Positions 9,270-21,100 of a stretch of 64,000 bases of DNA are shown one piece after another. The notes beneath the pieces were generated by a model. That model saw only the letters and a list, made by a program, of their open reading frames with translations, had not been told where the DNA came from and did not search any database. The stretch is from the sequence record OU509535.1. One strand, 5' to 3'. Positions within the stretch are counted from its first letter, which is position 1. Each line of letters starts with the position of its first letter. A program made the translations under genes and the position numbers.

Positions 9270-11699
9270 TCAAGAAGATATGGAACCATAAGTTAGCCAG
9301 CCAGTTCCCACATACACTATACCTTCAGCACCCCCTGCCTGTGCTCGTAGATAAGGTACTTTCTCGCCTTGGGCTGGTTTATATGATGCATATATATTAG
9401 CTGCGGTATTTATCTCAGAGTTATATGTCTGTGTCCAGTCGTTTCCAGAAACAAACCATGGACCACTTTGAGAATACATTGTGAACATCTGTCTGGTTGT
9501 ACTATCTGTCCCGTTACCACGACATTCCAGTACTCTCGCCCCCGATGAACCATCGAAAAGCGTAAAACCGAATGTAGCACTACTATCACCAATAACCCTG
9601 TTGTTGAGTATTCTGGTGTAAAAGCACGTGCCATATGTTTTGATTACTGGGATACTCTTAGTTCTTCCCGAACCAGTAGTTGCAGCATAGTTTATGATAT
9701 TACTATCGATGATAGCTCTCGCAGCATTGGATAAGAAAATTATTTGATCCTCATCGTCAGCATTATACTTTGTAATCTGGTTCCTGCGTATAATGCAGTC
9801 AGCCGCTGATGCAACCTGAATTACTAACCCTTTATTGCTAGTATCATCAGTGGATATATTCTCTTCCACTATGCTGCCTGCTGATAACAGGTATATCTGA
9901 ACCCACCCTTTGAAAGTATTGTTACGTATTACAGGGTTGACCATCTGCACTGACATACGGGCTGTGGTGCTTTTATTTTCTATAAAGTTGGCTTCCATCA
10001 CAACCTTAGAACAGTTAGTGACACGCATAGGAACAGTCTGTGTGCAATTTTCAGACATCAGGAGCTTGTTCCCTCTCATCTCCAGCAAGTCTACGTTGAA
10101 GGAAGTAACCGAGTTTATAAATCTGGCTGTGCCTGTGATTGTAAACTGGTTATCATCTATTGTGGCGTAAGCCTTACCAATGGAAATGCAGTTGTACGCA
10201 GCAGAATAAACATAGTTTTGAGCTACATACTGTCGGTGATCTTGCACAGATGATGCCCACCAGGAAAGCATAATCCCACCACGCTGCAATTCAAATCCGT
10301 TCTGTGGGCATTTTTGCAAATCAGCCTGTAATCCATTGATGTAGTTACCTACAACATCGGCTGATGCCTGAACAGATACACCGATATAGTGGTTCAGCAG
10401 CGTATTATTAATGATTCGAGCCGAGGTGGTTGCCTCAGACTTAATGGACATAGTGTAACCCCATACGAGGTTATCTTCCAGTGTAATGTAGGTTCTCTTA
10501 TCGGCGGAAGAATCCGACTGCCATTCAAAGTCAGGTGGATAGATTGTGGAAGTACCACCATTGCTCCCGTACTCCGCGAAAATGCCGATATATCCACAAA
10601 GAGTACCATTATATACCACGTTGTTGTTAGGGGATTTCAATGCTGGATCGCATACGAAAACACGCTTATTAATCGCGGTGTTACGTCGGATAATCGTTTT
10701 TGGGCTGGCACCAGACCAGATAGCCCAACCAAAGTGATCGACAGACTCACTACCACTTGACCCTAAAGGTTGGTTGGCAGATACGTTGTATAGACTGTTG
10801 TTTTCTGCCAGAGCCATCGAGCATTTCCAAAACTGAATACCTGACCCGTAGATCTCTCTCATCGTGACGTTACGCACGACGGGTGATCGACAATAGCTAA
10901 AACGCAGACCAAGAGTGCCATCCGAATATGGTGTAGGATGTGCTCCCACCCCCATCGTCTCATATGTAGGCCCACCTTTATTAGCTTGACGGGTATAGTC
11001 GATACTGAGATTTTCAACAGTTACTGGCTCCACAAAGACGCCTTGTGCGGTTGGCTGTCCACCAAATTCAACAAGGAATGGTTCACTGAACGGCCATGCT
11101 GCACCTGTGGCATTAGCAACCGGATCAACGTTATCGAATGTCCATGTGGTTCCACCATCAGAACCTTTGATAGTACAAGGCTTGCCATTATAGATAGCAA
11201 ATTGATGGCGAGTAGTTCCCCAGTTCACCTCACCTTTAGGAAATATTAGTGTTCCACCATTCTGCATAATATATTCAATAGCCGCTACACATGCAGAACC
11301 ACAGGCAACACCGTCACCTGTTACACCAAATTTTGAGGCAGGTATCTCTGTTAATACGCTTTGAACTGTTCCACCTTGAGATAACCCTATTTTACTTGCA
11401 CCAATATTTGTAGATAAATCTAAAATAGAGGGGGCTTTTTCTAAACCAAATGTACCTACAGCAGTAATTAAAGTTAAATTTTGTCCTGAGATACTCCACG
11501 ATACAGGTATTCCTGTTGCAGTGCTCCTATACCAACAAGTTTGTGTGTTTTCATCATATAAAATTGTATATAAGTCTACTTCTACTGAAGTAGATAGATA
11601 TCCTACCGAAGATTTTTTAATACCAAATATTCTAGCTATAGATTCTTTATTCGTCTCTCTTGATACTGAACCTTTGGGTTGGATTAATTCATTCGCCAT
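9270..11699 (-). CDS. Tailspike / putative polysaccharide depolymerase (beta-helix)
   Basis: QPKGS N-terminal module, then SKFGVTGDGV...LIFPKG entry into Asn-rich parallel beta-helix repeats; body is visibly GC-richer than the genome. Confidence 0.85.
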   Translation of the reverse strand: MANELIQPKGSVSRETNKESIARIFGIKKSSVGYLSTSVEVDLYTILYDENTQTCWYRSTATGIPVSWSISGQNLTLITAVGTFGLEKAPSILDLSTNIGASKIGLSQGGTVQSVLTEIPASKFGVTGDGVACGSACVAAIEYIMQNGGTLIFPKGEVNWGTTRHQFAIYNGKPCTIKGSDGGTTWTFDNVDPVANATGAAWPFSEPFLVEFGGQPTAQGVFVEPVTVENLSIDYTRQANKGGPTYETMGVGAHPTPYSDGTLGLRFSYCRSPVVRNVTMREIYGSGIQFWKCSMALAENNSLYNVSANQPLGSSGSESVDHFGWAIWSGASPKTIIRRNTAINKRVFVCDPALKSPNNNVVYNGTLCGYIGIFAEYGSNGGTSTIYPPDFEWQSDSSADKRTYITLEDNLVWGYTMSIKSEATTSARIINNTLLNHYIGVSVQASADVVGNYINGLQADLQKCPQNGFELQRGGIMLSWWASSVQDHRQYVAQNYVYSAAYNCISIGKAYATIDDNQFTITGTARFINSVTSFNVDLLEMRGNKLLMSENCTQTVPMRVTNCSKVVMEANFIENKSTTARMSVQMVNPVIRNNTFKGWVQIYLLSAGSIVEENISTDDTSNKGLVIQVASAADCIIRRNQITKYNADDEDQIIFLSNAARAIIDSNIINYAATTGSGRTKSIPVIKTYGTCFYTRILNNRVIGDSSATFGFTLFDGSSGARVLECRGNGTDSTTRQMFTMYSQSGPWFVSGNDWTQTYNSEINTAANIYASYKPAQGEKVPYLRAQAGGAEGIVYVGTGWLTYGSISS

Positions 11700-11735
11700 A
11701 TTTATTCCTTAATAAATTGTAAACCTTACTTTTAT

Positions 11736-13682
11736 TTAATCTACAGCCTCTATTTCAATGGATACAGGATACTCGTCATTAACAACGTTAGGATGCGTAC
11801 CATCAAGGTGAATATCAAATCCTAACGTTTTATCTATGCTGTAGGTGTTGTCGACAAGACCTCCAGCGTTAGTTATGTAGAAAGGCCCATAACTCTTGTT
11901 CGTGTTTGTAGTTGTTGAAGTAGATGTGCTAGTTGCAGTTGATCCGCTAATAGTTGTCACAGTGTTTGTTGTTGTTGTTGCCGCAGGCACGGAGTCTGTG
12001 CGAGTTGTAATACCTCCATTGTTTGGTGATGGGACGTTTACAATATACTGTTGCTGTGCAGTAGAGGATAAATTACAACGTAATGTTACTTTATACCTAT
12101 GATATGGAAGTAGACCCCTCACGTTAACTGTCGAGTGCTGCCCTTTGAACAGGGTTCCGGTGAGCTTACACTTCATCCCTGGAGTGCTAACTATTGATTC
12201 CCCCGGGTATTCAGGATGTGCTGTTCCTCTTCCGTTTGTAATATCTGCAATCGCCAGCCAGGGTATAATTGTAAGTTCTGTGGTTCCTAATGTTAAACCA
12301 AGCCCTGCGATATTTTTATAGTTTTCACACTTCAGATTAACATATCCACTGGTGCCAGATTTTCGGATCAATCGGCATGGCTGAGTACTAGAAGTAATCG
12401 TGCTTGCTGCGAATCCGTCATACCTGAACACCACACGACCATCAACTTTAGCTTTATCCAAGGCCCATATCGCAGTGCTATCCCCACCGCCTTCCCACCA
12501 GCCTGACATGTCAATGTCACAGTTATATAGGTTATCAGCTCTGGTTCCATCACCAACTTTAATACCTTGTGAAGCCCCAGCTATCCCATGCTGGAAAGCA
12601 TAATTATTGATTTTGGCTCCAAAGAATGAAAGTGTTTGATTATCAGTTGATGCTGGGTTTGAGTGGAACCAAATACCAACTTGACTTGTTCTTACAATAA
12701 CGTTATCAATAATAATAGCTTCTGTCCAACCTATATTATTATAAACATCTATAGCTCTTCCTGTTGTATAATCTCTAATGAAACTATTCTTAACCTCTGC
12801 ACCATAAAAATCTGAAAATCTTACAAAGGCTTGCCCACTACTACTACCTACAACTGTAAAGTTTTTTAAGCATACACGGTTAAATAGGCTTTGTGCTTGA
12901 GAGTTACGCTTAAAAGTAAGAGCAATATTATTTCCAGTATGAGTTATTACTGGGCTTACACCTTTAGTGGCCATACCTGGTCCATAGATAGTTAATTCAT
13001 TAGTGCTGTTCACGAACTCTAAACCACCATTAATTGTATAACCTGATGCTCCTAGTGAAGGTATTTCTAACCTACGGATAGATTTTGAAATACAATAATT
13101 AATTGCATTAAGTAATATTTGATCAATTGTAGCTCCATCATATAATCCAAATTCTGTGGCACAAACTTTTCCAGGGTTGATAGGAATTCTTTGCCAAAAA
13201 AGAGACGTACTACCAGTTGGTACACATGTATAACCACCATCATCCACTGCTGTACCCAGTACTGCAACAAACTCCCCACCACCTGTTGTACCACCTTCAT
13301 AATAAGAAGAAAGAAGTATTTTTTGTCCAACCTTTCTTGGTGTAATTAGTTTTAGGCTTTCATAAGAACTAACCTGACCAATTAAATCGAATCCTGTTTT
13401 AGAACCTAGCGTTGCTATTTGTAAACTAAATGTACCAGTACTTGTTATCAGTTCAAGTGCTTCATTGTTTATACTCCATGAAATTGGTGTACCAGTGGCA
13501 GTACCAACATTCCAACATGTAGTTGTTTTTGAATCATATAATACCAGTGTAGTACTGGAGATTTCATGTTTATTAGACAAATATTGAATATTTTCTGGAG
13601 AAATTCCATATATTAATGAAATACTAGTTTTTGATGTATGAATCGCAGACGATCCTTTTGCTTGTGTTAAATCAGTTGACAT
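11736..13682 (-). CDS. Tailspike / RBP
   Basis: Start moved to the ATG at 13682 (GGAG SD, MSTDLTQAKGS); divergent QxKGS module, GGGEF...DDGG motif and beta-helix body. Confidence 0.85.
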   Translation of the reverse strand: MSTDLTQAKGSSAIHTSKTSISLIYGISPENIQYLSNKHEISSTTLVLYDSKTTTCWNVGTATGTPISWSINNEALELITSTGTFSLQIATLGSKTGFDLIGQVSSYESLKLITPRKVGQKILLSSYYEGGTTGGGEFVAVLGTAVDDGGYTCVPTGSTSLFWQRIPINPGKVCATEFGLYDGATIDQILLNAINYCISKSIRRLEIPSLGASGYTINGGLEFVNSTNELTIYGPGMATKGVSPVITHTGNNIALTFKRNSQAQSLFNRVCLKNFTVVGSSSGQAFVRFSDFYGAEVKNSFIRDYTTGRAIDVYNNIGWTEAIIIDNVIVRTSQVGIWFHSNPASTDNQTLSFFGAKINNYAFQHGIAGASQGIKVGDGTRADNLYNCDIDMSGWWEGGGDSTAIWALDKAKVDGRVVFRYDGFAASTITSSTQPCRLIRKSGTSGYVNLKCENYKNIAGLGLTLGTTELTIIPWLAIADITNGRGTAHPEYPGESIVSTPGMKCKLTGTLFKGQHSTVNVRGLLPYHRYKVTLRCNLSSTAQQQYIVNVPSPNNGGITTRTDSVPAATTTTNTVTTISGSTATSTSTSTTTNTNKSYGPFYITNAGGLVDNTYSIDKTLGFDIHLDGTHPNVVNDEYPVSIEIEAVD

Positions 13683-13754
13683 TATAATTCTCCAAATATA
13701 ATTATAATAATATTTATAAAAGAAAAAGCCCCATGATGGGGCTTTTTTATTATT
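13683..13754. repeat. 72 bp intergenic direct repeat, copy 1 (terminator + TATAAATA late promoter + RBS)
   Basis: 71/72 identical to 17701-17772. Confidence 0.95.
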
Positions 13755-14300
13755 ATGAAACATATTTAGATAATAATTCTTTAATTTTTTTTATTTCTCT
13801 TCTTTGATATGCTGATTATACAGCTAAACATTCTTCCATTCTTAACATATAGATTTCACCATCTTCTTTTGCAGGAGAAATTTCATTTCCATCATTGTCG
13901 TATACAGCTTCACTTGAATCCAATGATTCATAAGTAATTAAACCATATTGTGTCCAGTCGATACCAGCGTTGGTTAGTGCTTCTTTGACTTCCTGTGTAA
14001 TATAACCAACATTACCATCTTGCTGAATCTACCACTTTCAATTCTACTGCTGATTTCATTTTCCATATTTTAAAATTAACAGTACCCCATGCATCTAGTA
14101 ATTCGTCTGGTATATCACCAATATTAGTTTTATAATTTTCATCCGAAACAACAGTAACAGTGTTTTGACTATATATTATTAAATGCGTTTTATGATACAC
14201 CTAAATTATAAGTTGCTGTTATGTTTGGACTAACCGTAGCTTGAACAACAACTCGATTCGGTGAACCAGGTGGATTTAAAATCAAATTACCAAATGGTTT
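13755..14300 (-). pseudogene. Relic of a tail fibre C-terminus (S74 chaperone domain)
   Basis: Reads ATYNLGVS*NAFNNI/YSQNTVTVVSDENYK...ARW/NVGYITQEVKEALTNAGIDWTQYGLITYES...YMLRMEECLAV*SAYQRR, with two frameshifts and stops; colinear with the C-terminus of 4945-8658. Confidence 0.85.
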
Positions 14301-14315
14301 TCTACTTTACTTATA

Positions 14316-17300
14316 CTATTTGTTAATTGAGGATAATATACTTTCTAACTGTCTACGTTGATACGCAGTTTCCATAGCATTACACTCATCCATCACCAGT
14401 CTCCACTGGTCTATAGCTTCAGTTGCATCCTGAATAATAACGGATCCAGCTTCTTTAACAAGAATCTGTGTTTCAGGAGTAACTACATTACCCTCTGCGT
14501 CATATTCAGCCGGTACTGTCTCATAAACAGCATCCCATGATTCAACAATAGCGTCTTGGGCTTCCTGTGAAACATGCACGATTAACCCCCACTCAGTAGC
14601 ATCCTCACCAGCAGCTTCAAATGCTTCAATGATATCCTGAGCAATGTACCCTATGTGCCAACGAGCATTTTCCTCACCTTTTTCAGCAATGGCCCAGTCA
14701 TACTTATAACGCTTGATGCTGATAGTACCCCATATATCGAGGATGTTATCAGGAATGCTTTCCTGAACAGGCTTATGTCTCCTGTCAGATACAACAGTAA
14801 CAGCATTCTGTGTATAGATGTTATTCCATGCCAATGATGCTGTACCAAGGTTATGAGTGGCTGTCGATGCAGGCTGAACCCCTCGAGTTGTTGCTGTCCC
14901 GGTGAGTGTCACGTTATTAGCAGTGAATAGCCCAGTAGATGTTAGGTTGCTGGTTGTAACATTGTTGAGGGTTACATCACCTTTCACGCTATATCCAGGT
15001 ATCAGTGCCTGATTGATAACCAGTGTATCCCCAGCAGCACCTACAACAGCATCAAGAATATACTGGTTAGAGGCGGTGCCGTTACTGTTCATCACCCTGC
15101 GGTATACCCTGGTGGAACCTGTGTATGACGTAGAAGACCCGGATGCCACATAGACAGGGATGCCCATAGCAATATACGGAAGACTGGCTGGTGGTACTGT
15201 AATAGTCGTGCGACTGTTAGTTGAATCAACCGAATTTACTGTTACATTAAATGACTGCTGATAAGCACTACCAAGCGTCATCCCGCTGGTAATAATTTGT
15301 GGAATAGGATTTCCTGCCACTCCTAAAGTAGCATTGTACTTGTAGTCATTGGAGTGTTTATCGACAGATATCCACGGATAAACTATATCGCCAGGCTTAA
15401 ATAACCCACCTCCCGGAGACTTGATGTAGCCATTGGTGTAGTTACCGAATACGCCAGCCATACCAGATTCAGGCTTATAGGATAAACCTGTAGGGAATAC
15501 AGGTACACCGCCAGTAAAAGCCTGAATAGCTTTCAGTACGATCGGCTTACCAGATGCAACCGTAATAACCAGGTTCTGCTGTGGCGTGAACGTGCCTACG
15601 CCGTCGTTCGCGTTCCACTTGACATTAGGGATGATTGCCATCTTATAGCCATTACCGAAGTCAATACAACCTTCTCCGCGAGACATTACTAGGTTTCCAT
15701 CAACTGAAGGTGTTTCAATGCTCGCAATTGATTGCCAGATAACAAAGTTTACCGGGTCGAAGCTCCCTGTTAAGTCTTTGTACCAGATACAGATATTAGA
15801 CCTGTATGCAGGTGAGTGCATTGGTACATAGAGCGTTCCTGAGTTTACCTGTAGCCCGTATGGGCTGATGAACTCTTTAGACTCTTTGTAGTCACGCAAG
15901 TGGTCAAAATCTACACTTCCAGCAGCCGCACCGTAAAGACCATAAGTACCATACTTAAAGTCATAGCCACCATGAAGGAATGCTCCTACATCATGAAGAG
16001 GTGCACCAATACGAGTAAAGTTGATGCCATTGTATGCGTACTGATTCTCTGTATACAGATCTGGATAAACCCAGTTTCCGTTTTCGTCGTAATATCCAAA
16101 ACATCCATCTTCGAAGGTAATGTAGGTCCATGAAGAAACTGGTTTGTACTGGTGAGCAATCCCATCAATTATCAGTCCAAGTGCTTTAGAGTATACTGGG
16201 TCTCCCATCTGCTTACTAATAACAAAAAGATTGGGTGTATGTTCAAGATAGTTATTAGTGAAAGAATGACCACGGCAGTTGGTATAAATTACTCCCTTAC
16301 CTGGGCGTTTTGTTTCATCAGAAATCTGAGTGTGGCTAACTGTCAAATTCACCCCAGACATTCTGAAACCACCGCCAGTTACAACTAGAAAATAATCTGG
16401 ACGCTTTGCGTCTGGACCTTCAATCCATGCGGCTCCGTCACACAGACTCCCACCTTCCCATGTAGACCAGTCAGTCATGATTTGAGCCAAGCCTTCACGC
16501 CCTTGGTCAAGGAAGACGTTTTTGCAATACAGTCCGTAAAAGTTACCAAAAGTAACACCGGCATCACTAGATGTTGGTAAGTCTGTTGTAATCAAGCCGG
16601 AGTTGATAACACCGCTATTTGCCGGGCGTGCAACTAACGGAAGCTGGAAGCCACGTGCATGGATATTCTCAAGGGTGACATACTCCGGGTTAATCAGGAA
16701 GAACGCCGAGCCAGCAGAACATACAGATTCTGAGAGTGAAACCTTATGATCACCTAGAATTTTAACATTTGATATTTCTACATGATTCACTGCAACAGCA
16801 CCCCAAAATTCTCTTTGATTTATTTTAGCATATACAGCATCAATATCATCATAAGAGTGTTCAAACCCATTTAACCAATTATTGGTTATGGAACGTTTAT
16901 ACTCATTTGCAGCATATACATAAATAACTGATCCTACACAATTATAATTTGCAAACTTTCTAACTTTTATTCCTTGTTTAGATATTCTATAACTCCCACC
17001 TGTTATTTTTATATAAACCTTTTGTGCAATCACTGGTGCTAAAAGATCATCATTTGATAATGAATATGTATCTGTTGGACAGATAGTATATAAAATTCCA
17101 TTTACCGCCTGTCCAAGACAAACTGTGTTTGCTGCATTTACATCTGAAATGAGGCTAGAGTTATCACCACCAGTAATACAAATTGCACCATTTGCACGTG
17201 CATCAATGTCGGTACCAAATAAAACTTTAAGTTGATACTCTATACCATTGGCGTTATAAATCTTAGCTTCTGTTATAACATGACTACTTGCCAAAGAACT

Positions 17301-17699
17301 GTTAGTAACACCAGTTCTCTTCCAAACACCACCTCCGCCATCATTCTTTGTATAAAAACCCTTAACTTGTATTTCATCAAAAACACTAGGTAATGTGAAG
17401 ATATCCACGGCAGCATCCGCAGTAAACGTAGAGCGAGAGGTCAGTGTAAATGTACCTGTAGAGGTAATTAGAGTCATCACATCACCTGAAATACTCCACG
17501 ATACAGGTATACCAGTAGCTGAACCACGATACCAGCAAGTTTGTGTGTCTTCATTATATAAAATTGTGTATGAATCTATTAGTACTGAAGTAGATAGATA
17601 CCCAACTGAAGATTTTTCAATTCCAAAGATTCTAGCTATAGATTCCTTATTTGTTTCTCTTGTAACTGAACCTTTCGGTTGTGTTAACATATTTGCCAT
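14316..17699 (-). CDS. Tail fibre/tailspike RBP with S74-like chaperone; paralog of 4945-8658
   Basis: QPKGS module; shares GAFxHGGYDFKYGTY and VIGAP-like blocks with 4945-8658; C-terminal VVSDRRHK...WHIGYIAQ. Confidence 0.87.
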   Translation of the reverse strand: MANMLTQPKGSVTRETNKESIARIFGIEKSSVGYLSTSVLIDSYTILYNEDTQTCWYRGSATGIPVSWSISGDVMTLITSTGTFTLTSRSTFTADAAVDIFTLPSVFDEIQVKGFYTKNDGGGGVWKRTGVTNSSLASSHVITEAKIYNANGIEYQLKVLFGTDIDARANGAICITGGDNSSLISDVNAANTVCLGQAVNGILYTICPTDTYSLSNDDLLAPVIAQKVYIKITGGSYRISKQGIKVRKFANYNCVGSVIYVYAANEYKRSITNNWLNGFEHSYDDIDAVYAKINQREFWGAVAVNHVEISNVKILGDHKVSLSESVCSAGSAFFLINPEYVTLENIHARGFQLPLVARPANSGVINSGLITTDLPTSSDAGVTFGNFYGLYCKNVFLDQGREGLAQIMTDWSTWEGGSLCDGAAWIEGPDAKRPDYFLVVTGGGFRMSGVNLTVSHTQISDETKRPGKGVIYTNCRGHSFTNNYLEHTPNLFVISKQMGDPVYSKALGLIIDGIAHQYKPVSSWTYITFEDGCFGYYDENGNWVYPDLYTENQYAYNGINFTRIGAPLHDVGAFLHGGYDFKYGTYGLYGAAAGSVDFDHLRDYKESKEFISPYGLQVNSGTLYVPMHSPAYRSNICIWYKDLTGSFDPVNFVIWQSIASIETPSVDGNLVMSRGEGCIDFGNGYKMAIIPNVKWNANDGVGTFTPQQNLVITVASGKPIVLKAIQAFTGGVPVFPTGLSYKPESGMAGVFGNYTNGYIKSPGGGLFKPGDIVYPWISVDKHSNDYKYNATLGVAGNPIPQIITSGMTLGSAYQQSFNVTVNSVDSTNSRTTITVPPASLPYIAMGIPVYVASGSSTSYTGSTRVYRRVMNSNGTASNQYILDAVVGAAGDTLVINQALIPGYSVKGDVTLNNVTTSNLTSTGLFTANNVTLTGTATTRGVQPASTATHNLGTASLAWNNIYTQNAVTVVSDRRHKPVQESIPDNILDIWGTISIKRYKYDWAIAEKGEENARWHIGYIAQDIIEAFEAAGEDATEWGLIVHVSQEAQDAIVESWDAVYETVPAEYDAEGNVVTPETQILVKEAGSVIIQDATEAIDQWRLVMDECNAMETAYQRRQLESILSSINK

Positions 17700-17700
17700 T

Positions 17701-17772
17701 TATAATTCTCCAAATATAATTATAATAATATTTATAAAAGAAAAAGCCCCATCATGGGGCTTTTTTATTATT
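17701..17772. repeat. 72 bp intergenic direct repeat, copy 2
   Basis: 71/72 identical to 13683-13754; contains the hairpin AAAAAGCCCCAT-C-ATGGGGCTTTTT and TATAAATA on the minus strand. Confidence 0.95.
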
Positions 17773-18133
17773 GTGATTTGTAATAAAACATGTGTCTTTT
17801 GAATATATAAACCATCATTTATATTATATTTCTCCATGTATATAAATTAATAGTTAAAGTGTTTGTATAGTTAACGAGATTACATTACCCAATGTTCTAA
17901 CTGAATTTATAACTACATTTTTTTACAATATATCCAGATAGTACTACATATGCGTCGGATACCATTGTAAGTGCTAGGGCCATATTCAGATAACCTTTCA
18001 TATATTACCAAAGCAGATAATGTAAAATTTTAACTTCCTAAGTGATACCAACTAGATCAATTGATATATTTTGTGGAATCTATGTTATGAATAATTTCAT
18101 ATTTTTTTAATACTAAATATTTTTCTTTATCTA

Positions 18134-21100
18134 TTAACGTTTAGGTACTTCCAAATTATAATAAGTAATATAGATTTCATCATTAGCAGACAACCCACCC
18201 AAATTTACAGATAAAAACAAATAATCATACCCTATATAATCATCACTAATAGTTAATTGTCCTCTTGCGTTAAATGTAGATATTGTTGGTGATATTGAAG
18301 TAATTGTAGTAGTAACAACAGGAGTTATTTTTGTATGTAGTGGTTGTCCGTATGGGTCGAACATATTTTTACTTTTAACAAAACCTACAGAGACTGTACA
18401 CGCACCACTTGGTGTAATTTGTGAATTACTCCCAATAGATACTGTTCCAAGTGGACCAAAATTACTATATGGTGCTTTAACATATAGTCTTAAAGTTGCC
18501 CCGGCTGATGTTTTCAATTTTTTCACCTTTAATGCTGGATATGTGATTGCGTTTGAATCAGTGAATGTAGTAACTACACATGAAAGGACGTCGCTAATCA
18601 CAGAACTGGATTTTGTTCCATCTATAACTTGCCAATTATCTAGTGTTGTCGTATTTTCAGATTTTGAAAAATTATTTTCTAAAATTAAATTGCTCTTATC
18701 TGACAAATATCCTCTAACTTGTGAATTGAGTCCATTGATCATTGGGTAAAATTTAGACATTCCTCTATTGGACCATTGTCTAACTCCAGCACCCCATATA
18801 TCTGTACCTTCTATAACAAACTGACCATTTGTACTTTCATCATAGAACCAATATGGACATGAATTATATGTACTACTATGTCTCATCATTCCACCAATTA
18901 TGTTAATTGCTACTGATGTATTAACTTGAAAATAATTTCCTGTCCAATTATCATTGACATTTCCAGATTCAAAGTGGCATCCATAAAAATCAATTTTTGA
19001 TCCTTGTCTGAAATCACTCCATTGAACATAATTATTCTCTACGCTACCACCTGTATAATCAAACGAACACGAATTAAAAGTTAACCCACATTCAAATCCA
19101 GTTAATCTTGAAATCATGTTCGAATCACTTATTATGCAATCATTAAATCTAATATTTTCACCTGCATTATTAAGTGTAGTGGAAGATGTTCCGGTATATT
19201 GAGTAGTACTTAATGCTATATTGCAATTATGTATCACCCAGTTATTATGAATAGTTAAATAAGAATTAGCTGCAAAAACTAAACCACAGTTTACATATCG
19301 AATGTCTATATTATTCATAGAAACACTAGACAAGCTATTTGATGGCTGAATTAAAATACCATGAACATTGCTAGTATTTCGATTTACTGCACCGTAAACT
19401 TCAACATTATTGAATACACATATGTTACCTTTCGATTTCCTGCTACTAACAGAAGAACCATCTAAAATTAATATATAATAAGGGTCATATGAGTTAACAG
19501 TAGTATCGTATAATGATATGTTTTGTAATCCAACTTTAACCAAGTCTATTTCTATGGATGATGATTTTGTAATTGTTTTATTTTCACCGTCTATTACGTA
19601 ACCAGATAATGAGGAACAAACAGAAATTAAATTTACCAATTTAGCTGTTTCGTCGTCACCATTTCCTAAAATCCCAGCCATTGATATATATATAATATTG
19701 TTTTCAAGTTTTCTCTTCCATACTTTCCCGCTATATGTTACAATGTTTATTAAACCATCATCAGTGTTAGTATTATCACTTTCATAAACGAATATACCAC
19801 CACCTACATTTAAATTTTCATAAAATGATTTTACTTCAATATGTTGACCATCATACTCAGGTTCTATCATGCGAAGTGAAGAAACACTTTTAGCCATTCC
19901 TATATATTTTAAACCATCTTCAGATGATAAATTGGATTTTTGTACATAAAAATCTAATTCTGAAGTTTTAGCATAATTTATCAAATCTTGGTTTGTAACA
20001 TATGGATTTGTATTGAAAACCAATTTACCAAGAATTGCAATGAAATTATCCCCAGTTTGTAATGCACCATTTAAATTAATGTATTGTCCATCAATTGTGT
20101 AGTGATTTAAATTAATACTTTGTAATACACCATTAATAAAAATAGCAATACTACCAAAATTATATGGAACGAAAATTCTAGTTACATTATCAGAGGTTGC
20201 AGTATAAGTCCATGTAATGACGTCTTTGTTTGAATCTAATTTATAAAATGGTGTGGCGGGGACAGTACCCAATGTTCCTTCACCAGTCCAGACAGTACCG
20301 TTCACTGGATATAACCAGTACTGGTTCACGGTCGATGTACTACCAACTGTCCATATTTTCAATGATCTTCGTGGTAAACCAAATGCTACTTCAATACTCG
20401 GTAAATGTGGTTGCCATTTTAAATTTATACCTTCATTTTTTAATGAATTTTTTAATTCCTGTAGTTCTTCTTCGGTTGCATAGGAGGTCAAATCTGCCTT
20501 GGTTACTAAATTACTGTTCTGTACTGGAGAGTTATAAACAATAACATGAATATCATCTCCTAATTGTAAAGGAGAACTTAACGTAACTTCAGTACCGTTT
20601 AATATATAAGCACCTCTGTCTGGATTTTGCAAAACACCATTGATAAAAACTTGCAATTCACTAAAATTAAAATAAGGTATATTTAGTTTATTATTCGATT
20701 CATCGGTTATAGTACTGGTATAACTGGCATTAACACTATCAATGAATTTTGGATCATTCAATGTAACAAAAACATTATCATTTTCATCCAAAGACGAAAT
20801 AAATGATAAAGTTGTACCTGATACACTATATGCATTATCGTATTGCAAAACACCATTGATATAAACAAGACCATCATCAAATTCACCAGGTAAAGTAAAA
20901 TCAGTTTGATCTTGAGACGCAAGAGCAGTAAATGAAACCAGGTCAGTCTCATTACCAAGAACAAGAATATCATCATTTAAATACAATTCATCATCAAGAG
21001 TGATAGTACTACCGGATACTGTATATGAATCTGGATATTGTAAAATACCATTAATAAAAACAAAATTAGTTTTTTTAGTAAATGGTAACACGATATCAGT

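Noticed and set aside
17775-18130. 350 bp gap between RBP genes as another decayed gene or RNA
   Set aside because: No sustained reading frame or recognisable homology on either strand and no strong helices found by eye; left unassigned.
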